From a virus (lineage: Duplodnaviria; Caudoviricetes), in the IMG/VR virus record IMGVR_UViG_2974796119_000001, positions 14,834 through 78,833 of that record: a DNA stretch of 64,000 nucleotides, one strand, 5' to 3'. The position numbers and the translations under genes are program-made. Below, piece after piece: positions 18,729 through 28,200 of the stretch (the stretch's first letter is position 1; each line of letters opens with the position of its first letter). The notes under the pieces are model-generated. The model did not search any database. It saw only the letters and a program-made list of their open reading frames with translations, and was not told where the DNA came from.

Positions 18729-18782
18729 GCAGCATTGCCACAACTATCTGATAAACCCACCTAAGGTGGTAATTTTAACATT

Positions 18783-19043
18783 ATGGTAATAAAGTTTAAG
18801 TACGGATTTGAATATAAAAATTTTCTTTACGGATGGAATAAGAAAGAATTATACAGGCTACCTATTATTGTTCATAAAAGAAGCTACCCATTAAAGAAGC
18901 TAAACTCTATAAAAATAAATAGCCATAAAGGTTATAGAATAGTAAAAGATAAAAAAACAATTAAACAGTTACAATAATTAACAGAAATTATAAACTACGA
19001 TTATGTTATTAATGGAGCTAATAATAAAGATTGTCCTTTTTAA
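18783..19043 (+). pseudogene. hypothetical gene interrupted by an in-frame TAA
   Basis: KQLQ*LTEIINYDYVINGANNKDCPF*; frame stays open after TAA 18975-18977 to TAA 19041-19043. Confidence 0.5.
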
Positions 19044-19057
19044 TACATAATTTTTTA

Positions 19058-19165
19058 TATATTTGTCATGTAGTTACGCTCTCACAATAAAGTAACTTAA
19101 AGATATTTAACAAAAACCTTATAATGAAAGTAGTGGTGAGAGCCTACTGGATTTATAAGGTTTCT
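19058..19165 (+). promoter_or_regulatory. promoter plus loop-leader RNA switch upstream of the antirepressor
   Basis: TATATTTG (19058-19065); GCTCTCAC (19078-19085) complementary to GTGAGAGC (19136-19143) in the loop of hairpin AAACCTTATAA/TTATAAGGTTT. Confidence 0.6.
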
Positions 19166-19181
19166 TGTATTAAATAACATT

Positions 19182-19910
19182 ATGAAGCAATTAATCAACA
19201 TCACAGATTCAGAAAAAGGAAAAGCAGTAAACGCAAGAGAATTGCATACTTTTTTAGAAAGTAAACAAGATTTTACCACCTGGCTTAAAGCTAGAATTTA
19301 TAAATATGACTTTATAGAAGGAGAAGATTATACGTTCCATAAAGTTATGGAGGGTAATACTAAAAAGCACGAATACGCATTATCAATTGATTGCGCTAAA
19401 GAAATAGCAATGGTTGAAGGAAATGAAAAAGGTAAACAAGCAAGAAGATATTTTATAAATTGTGAAAAACAATTAAATAAACATAAACTACCAACAACTT
19501 TCGTAGAAGCTCTAAAATTAGCAGTTAAACAAGCAGAAGAATTAGAGCATAAAACACTTAAATTAAATAAAGCAGAAGAAACAATAAAAGTAAACGAACC
19601 CAAAGTTGTTTTTGCTAATACAGTAATGGGAAGTACTAATTCTATTCTAATAAGACAATTTGCAAAAGATTTATGTGATGGCAAATTTAAAATAGGTCAA
19701 AACAAATTATTTGAATGGTTTAGGGATAATAAATACATAAATAAATCAAACGAACCATATCAAAACTACGTAGATCAAGGTTTGTTTGAAGTTATCACTC
19801 GTTCTATAGGTAGTGGCGAAGAAACTTTCACTAGTAAAACAACAAAAATTACTTCTAAAGGAACTGTTTATTTCACTCATAAAATAAAATTAAATTACAA
19901 TGCATCCTAA
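19182..19910 (+). CDS. phage antirepressor (AntA/AntB N-terminus plus KilAC/ANT C-terminus)
   Basis: VNARELHTFLESKQDFTTWLK...AKEIAMVE...ARRYFI; PKVVFA...ILIRQFAK...GQNKLFEWFR. Confidence 0.9.
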   Translation: MKQLINITDSEKGKAVNARELHTFLESKQDFTTWLKARIYKYDFIEGEDYTFHKVMEGNTKKHEYALSIDCAKEIAMVEGNEKGKQARRYFINCEKQLNKHKLPTTFVEALKLAVKQAEELEHKTLKLNKAEETIKVNEPKVVFANTVMGSTNSILIRQFAKDLCDGKFKIGQNKLFEWFRDNKYINKSNEPYQNYVDQGLFEVITRSIGSGEETFTSKTTKITSKGTVYFTHKIKLNYNAS

Positions 19911-20481
19911 AGATAATAATATTATTAAGTGTATTCCTTTTTTAAAAGTAAACAACAACGATTCTATTATAAGACTGGATAACCCACATTTAAAATCTAG
20001 AAAAAAAACACGTGATTTTTTTAAAAAGAATGGTTATTGGAAACCTAAAACGTATGTTGGGAATAAAGGATATATATATATGCATTTAATCGATAGACCT
20101 GTTCTACTACATAGAGTAATAGCTATTCTTTTAATAAAGAATCCATTAAACTTTACTTGTGTTAATCATAAAGACGGGAATAAATTAAATAATCATGTTT
20201 CTAATTTAGAGTGGTGTAGCTATAGTTATAACACTAAGCATTCATACAATGTTATAAAAACTCAGTCATATAATGACTTAGTTCTTAAAGGTAAAAAAGG
20301 CAATATGAAGAGAATAGTTTTAACAAAGAAATTATCAATAAAAATATACAGAGATTACCTAATTGGTAACACTTCATATAGGGAGTTAGCTAAAAAATAT
20401 TCAATAGGAAAAACCACCGTTGAAAGAGCTGTAAAAAGTAAAGGACAGATTTACTTTGCTAAAAAAATTAAACAACAATAG
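19900..20481 (+). CDS. HNH homing endonuclease with C-terminal HTH
   Basis: LHRVIA...VNHKDGNKLNNHVSNLEWC. Confidence 0.9.
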   Translation: MHPKDNNIIKCIPFLKVNNNDSIIRLDNPHLKSRKKTRDFFKKNGYWKPKTYVGNKGYIYMHLIDRPVLLHRVIAILLIKNPLNFTCVNHKDGNKLNNHVSNLEWCSYSYNTKHSYNVIKTQSYNDLVLKGKKGNMKRIVLTKKLSIKIYRDYLIGNTSYRELAKKYSIGKTTVERAVKSKGQIYFAKKIKQQ

Positions 20482-20485
20482 AATT

Positions 20486-20884
20486 ATGATGGAAGAAAAA
20501 TTAGAGCAAAAAATTAAAGAACTAAAAAAATTTATTGAACAAAAAACTGATTTAGGTACGGCAAATTACTTAGGGAAAGAAATACGAGAGATTTGCGGAA
20601 TGGTTGAAACAACAAAAGTTAAAACAGATAAAGAAACATTCGAAAAGTTTATGGGATGGATGGGCATGAAAGCATCTAGGACTAAACAAATTAAAAACCA
20701 CACAGTTGTTGAATATGAAGATACTGATACTTGTGACGAGAGATTTACTAAGCAAGCTTATGGAGAATTTGATACAGGTGCGGTGTTCGATGAAAACGGA
20801 AAACTATTAAAAGGATATATAGATAGTCACGTTGCCGTAGCATCTAGCAATAGCAGTGATATTTATATATTACTGAAAGATTAA
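20486..20884 (+). CDS. hypothetical protein
   Basis: ATG at 20486 preferred over the in-frame TTG at 20456. Confidence 0.7.
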   Translation: MMEEKLEQKIKELKKFIEQKTDLGTANYLGKEIREICGMVETTKVKTDKETFEKFMGWMGMKASRTKQIKNHTVVEYEDTDTCDERFTKQAYGEFDTGAVFDENGKLLKGYIDSHVAVASSNSSDIYILLKD

Positions 20885-20898
20885 AACAACAATAAATT

Positions 20899-21207
20899 AT
20901 GAGAGATACAAAACCAACTAGTTTGTTGACTGATGAATTAAGAGCTAGTTTTATTAAATGGGGAGAATCTAAAAATTTGGATTATATACCAGACGGTAAA
21001 GATGGTTACAGTTATAGAGCTTATCAGACTATAAGGTCTAGTACATTATTTTCATGGGATTACATAGATAGATGCCCAGATAGTCATAAGTACCACATCC
21101 TTAAAATGTACTTTAAAGAAGTTCATTCTCTAGGTATTAGTGGATTTTCTTTCGAAGAAATGGACGCAGGAATAATTACAAAAGTAAAATATTTAAAACA
21201 ACAATAA
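20899..21207 (+). CDS. hypothetical protein
   Basis: leader TTAAAACAACAATAAATT-ATG. Confidence 0.7.
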   Translation: MRDTKPTSLLTDELRASFIKWGESKNLDYIPDGKDGYSYRAYQTIRSSTLFSWDYIDRCPDSHKYHILKMYFKEVHSLGISGFSFEEMDAGIITKVKYLKQQ

Positions 21208-21210
21208 ATT

Positions 21211-21759
21211 ATGATATACGTAACAGACAACTTCCTTCCAGAACAAGACTTTAAAAAACTACAAGACTATTGCTATAGTAATGACTTTAAAATACACGAT
21301 ACAGGAGAAAAAGAATTTCTAGTGCTTCCAACTCCAAAAGAACTACTACCTCAACTAAAACAACAAGGACTTGAAATATCACTTTCTTTTATTAGAAAAG
21401 CACACAAAGATTTCGATACAGATTTAAGGATTCATTGCGATTCAATAATTAACGGTAAACAAACAGTAATGGCATCTGTTCTATACATTAACAAGGCAGA
21501 AGGTGTTACCCAAAACGGAACAAGATTCTATAACCATAAAATATATGGGCCTAAATTAGAAGCTGACGATCCTAAAATTTTTGACGACCTTATTTCAAAC
21601 CATAGCGAAATAAAAGAAAACTGGGAGCCTACAGATAAAGTTTACAGTAAGCCAAATAGATTACTTGTTTATGACGCATTAAAATTTCACAGTAAATGGC
21701 CTCAAGTAATTGAAGAAGGAGAAAGAATGGTGTTAGTAACTTTTTATACCGATAAATAA
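21211..21759 (+). CDS. 2OG-Fe(II) dioxygenase (DUF6445-like)
   Basis: HCD facial-triad start, VLYIN...GTRFY, PNRLLVY...FHS, terminal R..LVTF. Confidence 0.8.
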   Translation: MIYVTDNFLPEQDFKKLQDYCYSNDFKIHDTGEKEFLVLPTPKELLPQLKQQGLEISLSFIRKAHKDFDTDLRIHCDSIINGKQTVMASVLYINKAEGVTQNGTRFYNHKIYGPKLEADDPKIFDDLISNHSEIKENWEPTDKVYSKPNRLLVYDALKFHSKWPQVIEEGERMVLVTFYTDK

Positions 21760-21872
21760 TGAAAAAAATACCGACAAAAGAATTAAGATTTGAAAAAAGA
21801 AGAATCCCTTTAGAAGAAACAATTAAAATCTATGCAATTCATACATTGTTGGCAAATCGTTTTTATTATTAA
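21759..21872 (+). CDS. 37-aa ORF crossing an attC-like core
   Basis: MKKIPTKELRFEK...IHTLLANRFYY; ATG overlaps the previous stop. Confidence 0.4.
   Translation: MKKIPTKELRFEKRRIPLEETIKIYAIHTLLANRFYY
21841..21856 (+). mobile_element. attC-like right half-site (R' core)
   Basis: ATACATT-GTTGGCAAA; exact complement TTTGCCAAC at 22301-22309. Confidence 0.55.
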
Positions 21873-21932
21873 TTAATTTTTAAGGTTTTAACTCCGCCGA
21901 TTTTAAAAGTGAGTAATTAAATTCAAAATATT

Positions 21933-22298
21933 ATGCAAACAGGAGATTTAATAGTGACGGTTCTTTGCGGGGTAATAGCTTTACTTATTATTTACGCCTT
22001 GCCGTTAATTATGACTGATGATTACGATTACCCAAGTGAAATTAGGTTTAAGTATTTAATTAGATTTTTAGATTTTTACTTGTGGATAGTTAGTTTTTTA
22101 TTCGTAGTAGGTGGAACTTTAGGTGTCGGATTGATTTTTATAATAGCGTGCTTAGTTTTAATGCCAATTGGTTTGTTTTTTGATTTTTCTTTTTTCGACT
22201 CAAAAGAAATGTTCTTAATAAATTTTTTCGGGGGTTATTATTATTTTGTGGTTGCCTACAGCATATTTAGGCATTCAAAATATTGCAAAATTAGGTAA
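21933..22298 (+). CDS. cassette-like membrane protein
   Basis: 3-4 TM segments, T-rich atypical composition, bracketed by complementary cores. Confidence 0.7.
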   Translation: MQTGDLIVTVLCGVIALLIIYALPLIMTDDYDYPSEIRFKYLIRFLDFYLWIVSFLFVVGGTLGVGLIFIIACLVLMPIGLFFDFSFFDSKEMFLINFFGGYYYFVVAYSIFRHSKYCKIR

Positions 22299-22300
22299 TG

Positions 22301-22309
22301 TTTGCCAAC
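22301..22309 (+). mobile_element. attC-like left half-site (R'' inverse core)
   Basis: TTTGCCAAC two bases after the stop codon of 21933-22298. Confidence 0.55.
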
Positions 22310-22355
22310 ACCAAAATAAAAAGTCGTTTTAAAATAAATCAATAAAATAGAAATT

Positions 22356-22550
22356 ATGGCAAAATCAAAAAGAAGTATTAAAAGAAGAAAAAAAGTAAAA
22401 AGTAAACCTAAATACAACTCAATACACACAGAAGATAATTCTTTCGAAAAAGGATATATGAAAACTGATGGAATGAGTAGGATTTGTAAATATGATAAAA
22501 ACCACAACTTTTTAGGATACGCTACTGAAGAAGAATCTGAAAATTTTTAA
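22356..22550 (+). CDS. small basic hypothetical protein
   Basis: Lys/Arg-rich N-terminus. Confidence 0.6.
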   Translation: MAKSKRSIKRRKKVKSKPKYNSIHTEDNSFEKGYMKTDGMSRICKYDKNHNFLGYATEEESENF

Positions 22551-22957
22551 AAGTTATAAACCATATTAGTCATGTTTTTATCCCCATAAATAAAACCATT
22601 ATCTAAATACTTATTAATCAGGTGTTCGTTTTTAATCCATGAAAGGATAGTTACGGCACCTGCTTTTTTTGCTAATTCAATAATGCTTTTAATAGTGTAG
22701 TCAACAACTTTTTTTCTAGCTTCTTTATCCTTTATTTTTGGATTACTTATTATAAATTCCATTATAAATACCTTACTAGCAGAAGTACTGTATAAAAAAC
22801 CAGCACAAGCAGGTTCACCATTTACAGATATTAAAATACCATCTTCCATATTATCAGGTAAAGCAACCCTTGGTACTGGAGTCCACCTCCAAAGCTTCCA
22901 CCATTCTGCTAACATTTTATAATCTTCCTCAGTTAAATGTCTTAAAGTGTATTCCAT
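22547..22957 (-). CDS. GNAT-fold acetyltransferase-like protein (T7 gp13-like position)
   Basis: beta-strand/helix pattern ACAGFLY...MEFIISNP...LINKYLDNGF; next to the ejection genes. Confidence 0.65.
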   Translation of the reverse strand: MEYTLRHLTEEDYKMLAEWWKLWRWTPVPRVALPDNMEDGILISVNGEPACAGFLYSTSASKVFIMEFIISNPKIKDKEARKKVVDYTIKSIIELAKKAGAVTILSWIKNEHLINKYLDNGFIYGDKNMTNMVYNF

Positions 22958-22964
22958 ATACCTA

Positions 22965-22972
22965 CAAATATA
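22965..22972 (-). promoter_or_regulatory. -7 promoter element for the GNAT gene
   Basis: CAAATATA = TATATTTG on minus strand. Confidence 0.6.
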
Positions 22973-22975
22973 GTC

Positions 22976-23022
22976 TAATTACTAACAATCTTAAATAATT
23001 AAACTCAAATGTAATATATTTG
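22976..23022 (+). promoter_or_regulatory. late-type promoter of the ejection/packaging operon
   Basis: TAATTACTAACA - 27 nt - TATATTTG. Confidence 0.55.
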
Positions 23023-23055
23023 TTTTTAATATTAATTCCTTAAAAACAATATAGT

Positions 23056-23733
23056 TTGGCAGTAGTAACAGCAAGTGTAATCGGAATAGGAACTTCTTTA
23101 TACAAAACAGGTAGTGCTATAGCAGAAGGTAACAAAGCGCAAGATGCTATTGATGCTTTTAAACCACAAGATTTAAGAAATCCTTATGCTGATTTAGCTA
23201 TTGACACTACAGCAGCGGATCAACAAACAGCAGCTAATATTTCTAACGTAGCATCAAGTATAGATGCAGTGCAAAGAACTGGATCAAGAGGTGTTGCAGC
23301 AGCGGTACCAAGACTTACAGAGTCAAGTGCTATCATACAAGATAGAATTTCAGCAGATTTAACAAAACAATCACAACGTAGAGACGAACTTATCGCTAGA
23401 GGTGAAGATAAAATACAAGACCTTCAAGAACAAAGAGAACGTGAAATACTTGCCGGATTAGGACAGAGATTAAATGTAGCTAGACAAGACTTAATAACAG
23501 GTGCTACAGGAGTTGTTTCTAACACTTTAGCTTTAGGTAGTGCTTTAGGCACTCCTGCTCAAACAGGTGTGCCAAGACCTGCAGCAACGACAGCATCAAG
23601 TTTAACCTCAGCAGGGCTTAGTACAGATTATATACAACCTGCTTCTAACTTAACACCCGCAGGATTTCAGAATGTTGGAACAGGACTACCTACAATTCCA
23701 GGAATAAATCCTTTATTACAAAACACATTTTAA
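23056..23733 (+). CDS. internal virion (ejection) protein 1, TTG start
   Basis: Ala/Gly/Gln-rich with hydrophobic N-terminus; first of three size-ordered genes. Confidence 0.65.
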   Translation: MAVVTASVIGIGTSLYKTGSAIAEGNKAQDAIDAFKPQDLRNPYADLAIDTTAADQQTAANISNVASSIDAVQRTGSRGVAAAVPRLTESSAIIQDRISADLTKQSQRRDELIARGEDKIQDLQEQREREILAGLGQRLNVARQDLITGATGVVSNTLALGSALGTPAQTGVPRPAATTASSLTSAGLSTDYIQPASNLTPAGFQNVGTGLPTIPGINPLLQNTF

Positions 23734-23739
23734 TATATT

Positions 23740-25275
23740 ATGGCAAACGGAGCAGCAGCAGCATACAAACAACTACAACCTATTAAGCCTATTCAAACTG
23801 GAGCTATAATAGAAGAGCATATTAGGTATTGGAAAAAATATGATGATGCTAAAGATGCAGCGGATAAAGCAAGAAAAGCTAAAGAAGCAGAAGCTTTAGG
23901 GAAACAAAAAGCAGAAGCTTTTAAATTGTATTCTGGATTAACTCCAGAAGAAAACCAAGGATTTTTAAATTCACAGATTATAGGTAATTTTGAGAAGCAT
24001 AAAAGCGAATATGCTGAGTTGGCAAAAAAAGCATCAAGAGGTGATGTAGATGCAAGGCTTAAACTACAAAATATAAAAAATAAAATTGACAACATAACCA
24101 AAGCTAATAAAGTTTATGGTGAAAAAGCAGTAGCATTAGCAAAACAAAAAGCAGAAGGAAATTATAATGAATACATAGATAAGCCTATTGAAGATTTTGG
24201 TAATGCAACCAGTAAAGGAATGTACAAGGTTAACGATGATTGGAGTATGGATATGTATGACCCAACTTCTAATGAAGTGAAAAAAGTGCCTTCAGGAGCT
24301 TTGTTAAGTAATGAATACTTAAACGCTTCTTATAATAAAGCACCACAATTTCAAACAAATGGGCCTTTAATCGCAAAAACATTATTAGATACAGCAGACG
24401 GTCAAAAATTAATTGATTCTGACACAAAAGTAAAAGGAACTCGATTAGTTAAAAACTTATTCGCTCAAGACCCAACAGAAGCAATAAGTTGGTACGGTAA
24501 ATACATGAAAGAGTTAGGTGTTGATTCTTATCAGCAAAAACCTTTTTCACAGCTTTCAGATTTAGAAGCAAATATTATTGCAGAATCATATTACAATCAA
24601 AATGTATTACCAAGAATACAAGAAGTAACTAAAGACACTACTTTAGATGATGCTAATAAAAAAGCAGCTTTAATCAATAAACAACTTGAGGCTAAAAAGA
24701 AAAGATTAGCTATTAGAAAATCCAACAGAAAAGATACTGCAAATATAATTACAGTAGCTACAAATGAAAAAGGAGATATTTTAAAGGGTCTACAGGCAGA
24801 ATACCCAACAACAGCTATAAGCCCAGATTCAGAAATTTATATCGTAGGAAACAACGGTGTAAGCTTAAAAGATGTTAAAGGAGATAAAGAAACTGAAAGT
24901 ACATTAACTAATTTAGTTATTGAATCTAATGGTGATGTTGTAGGTTTAGCTAAAAAAGTAGTTAAAACACCAATAAGAGATTCAGAAGGCGATCTTACAG
25001 GTAAATTCGATGAAGAAATAGTAGATGAAGTAATTACTAATAAAAACGAGTTAAATAAGTTTGCTACAATTATAGAAAAAGACAATGGTAAAAAGCATAA
25101 AAACTTAAAGCAGCTTGTTAATACTATGGCAAAAGCAAGAGCTGAAGTAGCACCTAAAGTTGAAACAACTAGAGAAATAGTACAGCCAGAACAACCAACA
25201 ACAAGAACAACAACTCAGGAAACTAAAGAAGCTAGAATCGCTAGAATGAGAGCAGCTATTAAAGGAGATCAATAA
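23740..25275 (+). CDS. internal virion (ejection) protein 2
   Basis: 511-aa helical protein between ejection protein 1 and the giant protein. Confidence 0.6.
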   Translation: MANGAAAAYKQLQPIKPIQTGAIIEEHIRYWKKYDDAKDAADKARKAKEAEALGKQKAEAFKLYSGLTPEENQGFLNSQIIGNFEKHKSEYAELAKKASRGDVDARLKLQNIKNKIDNITKANKVYGEKAVALAKQKAEGNYNEYIDKPIEDFGNATSKGMYKVNDDWSMDMYDPTSNEVKKVPSGALLSNEYLNASYNKAPQFQTNGPLIAKTLLDTADGQKLIDSDTKVKGTRLVKNLFAQDPTEAISWYGKYMKELGVDSYQQKPFSQLSDLEANIIAESYYNQNVLPRIQEVTKDTTLDDANKKAALINKQLEAKKKRLAIRKSNRKDTANIITVATNEKGDILKGLQAEYPTTAISPDSEIYIVGNNGVSLKDVKGDKETESTLTNLVIESNGDVVGLAKKVVKTPIRDSEGDLTGKFDEEIVDEVITNKNELNKFATIIEKDNGKKHKNLKQLVNTMAKARAEVAPKVETTREIVQPEQPTTRTTTQETKEARIARMRAAIKGDQ

Positions 25276-28200
25276 TGGGAAAACAACAAACTCAACCAAC
25301 ATATTTAAGTCAAGAAGAATATGATAAAAAACTTGACACCGAAATATCTACTTTAATAGATCAAGATTTTGGTGATGAAGATATAAAGCTATATGGTGAA
25401 GACTTTAAATCAAGATATGCCGTAAAAAAAAAAGACGAAGAAGTTACGTCACCAGATTTACAATTGGATGGGGAAAAAGATGTTACCACTTCTACTTCGG
25501 TTGGAGATCAGTCGATTCCGACTAATGGGCCTACACCAGAAGATATTATTCAAGCTTTAAGAGATACTGGATATACTGATGAACAAATTAAAGTTCAAAG
25601 AGAGTCAATGCAACAAGAACCTCTAGGAACTATAAAAGAACCTTTTAAATTCGAAAAGGAAGAACAACCTTTAGCTGAAAGATCAGGTTTGCCCGGTTTT
25701 GAAGGTAAAGTATCAGCAGCAGAAGTAGATGTTGATGTATCAGAATTACAACCACAGATAAACTTTGCTCAAAAAGAAGAAAGTCTTAACGCATTTAAGC
25801 AATTAAAAGATAAAGGTGAAATATCTGAAGAACAGTATAAAAATTTCGAGAAGATAATAACCGATCCTACTAAGAAAAAAATAGCTGAATTTGAGAAGTT
25901 AAAAGAACAATACAATCCTCAAAGAATGATTGACTTAACTAATAAGTTTAAAGAATCAGGTGTTTTATCTAATCAAGAAATAGGTTCTATAGATAAAGAA
26001 ATAGATAGGAAACGTAGAGGCGATTTTACTTTTTTAGAAAAAGCAAAAATTGCGTTAAATTTCGATAGTGAAAGAAATATTAAAAACATTAATATAAACG
26101 ACAGAAATTCAGTTGTAGCCAATGCGGTTCGCCAAAAGCAAGCGGACTTTATGAGTGGTTTAGATAATGATGAAAGGTTGTTGTTTGAATCTTATTTAGT
26201 AAAAAGAAATGAAAAACTATCTGAATCTGTAAAAACCGCAGAGAATTTTAACGATAATATTGTTAAAACAGCTTTACCAAGCGAAGTAAGTAAATTAAGA
26301 GCTTATGATGCTGAAATGTCTAAAATAACATCTAAACCTAGAAATCAACTTACTCAAGAAGATACACAAAATTATAACGAACTATTAACCAAAAGAAAAC
26401 AGCAGGAAGGTGTTATTAATTCATTAGGCGAGCAATACGAAGCGAACAGAAAAACAATGCTAGATAATAGCGATGATTTAATGCAGTTTAATGATGAATT
26501 GGACTTAGCTAAAAGAGATTATAGTTTTTATACAAATAGAGTAAAAGCTATTGATAGAGGATTCCAATTTTTAGTAGAAAATGCCGTTTCTTTTACCGGT
26601 AATACACTTGTTACAATAGCAAAAGAAGTTCCAAGAGTAAGATTAGCCGTTGGTGATGAGAAATTACAAAAAGCCCAAGATATTTTTAACGCTTGGCAAA
26701 TTAACATTGCAGAAACAAAAGAAAAGTTTGAAGCAGGTAAAGGTATTAGTAAAAGTTTTGCTGACGTAAAAGGTGTTAAAGATTTTGGAACCTATGTTGC
26801 TGATTTATTTACAGACCAAGTGCCAATTTTAGCAACAATATACGCAACAGGTGGAGCAGGATTATATACCGTTGCAGCATCTTCTGGAGGGGAAAGAACA
26901 GGGCAATTATTAAAAGAAGTAAAAGAGGGTAAAAAAGATTATACTCAGCAAGAAATAATCGGTAATGGGTTATTATATGCCGGTGGAGAATTTATTGGAG
27001 AAAGAATAACTTTAGGTATCATGAATGATTACCGTAGGTTACTAAACACGGTAAATAAATCTGGAGCAGCTAAAACATCTTTCAGAGAAGGGTTTAAAAA
27101 TCAAATTAAAGGAACTATAAAAGGAGTATCTACAGCGAACAAAGAAGGTTTATCGGAAGTTTATACCGAGTTCTTTCAGTTATTAGCTGATAATGCTCAA
27201 TTAGACGAAAAAAGGTCAAGCCAGTTCTTAGAATCATACGTAGGTGGTTTTGTAATGGGTAAAGGTATGCACGTTGCAGGAACTATACCTAACATGGCTT
27301 TAGGTTCGTATAGTAAATATGCCAACAGACAGCAAGTAGAAAAAACTACAAGACAAATAAACGAGTATCAAAAAGTAATAGCCAAAGGTGATTTAAGCGA
27401 TGCTATAAAATTAACTTATCAGAAAAAAATAACTGACTTAATAAATAAAAACGAAAATACCATAAACCAATCGGTAGATGCTATTCAAAATTTAGATTCA
27501 AGTCAATTAAAAGAAGTTACAGGTATTAACCAACAATTAATAGAACTTCAAAAAGCATTAGAAAAAGATAATCCAAAAGAAGTTAAAGATGCTTTAGGAG
27601 CAGAGATAAAACAATTAAGCGATAGTAAAGATAAAATGTTATCAAGTCCTCAGGAACAATTAGAGGTATTACCTGATAATGGAGTTGCATTAAAAGAAGA
27701 AGCTTCTAAAATACTTACAAAAGAAAAACAAGATTCAGGAGCAAAAGAGTTTAAAATATCTGACACCGAAATAGCTTTTAAAGCAGCAGAGCTTTTAAAT
27801 AAACAAGAAACAGAGGATGCAGGTATAAAAGTAGAAAAACCTAAAAACGATGTTTCTAAAAGCACAATGGATTTTGTTGAAGGCTTAGGTGTATTAAAAG
27901 ATGTTTCTGCTTTTGTACCAAAATCAATAAAGGTAATTGTTGAAGACGCTAGTGCAATGATCGGTGAAACCGACAATGGAAACATATTTTTAGAAACAAT
28001 TTATGTTCCAACAAAATCAAGAGGTCAAGGAAAAGCCAGTAAAGTACTAGATTCTTTAACCGAAAGAGCAGACGAACAAGGAAAAACTATTGAGTTGGTA
28101 GCAGCTCCAATGGACGCTACAACAGATTTCAATAAACTTGTAAAACTTTACGAATCTAAAGGTTTTGAAAAAGGTCCTAGATTCACAGAAGATACAGGTA

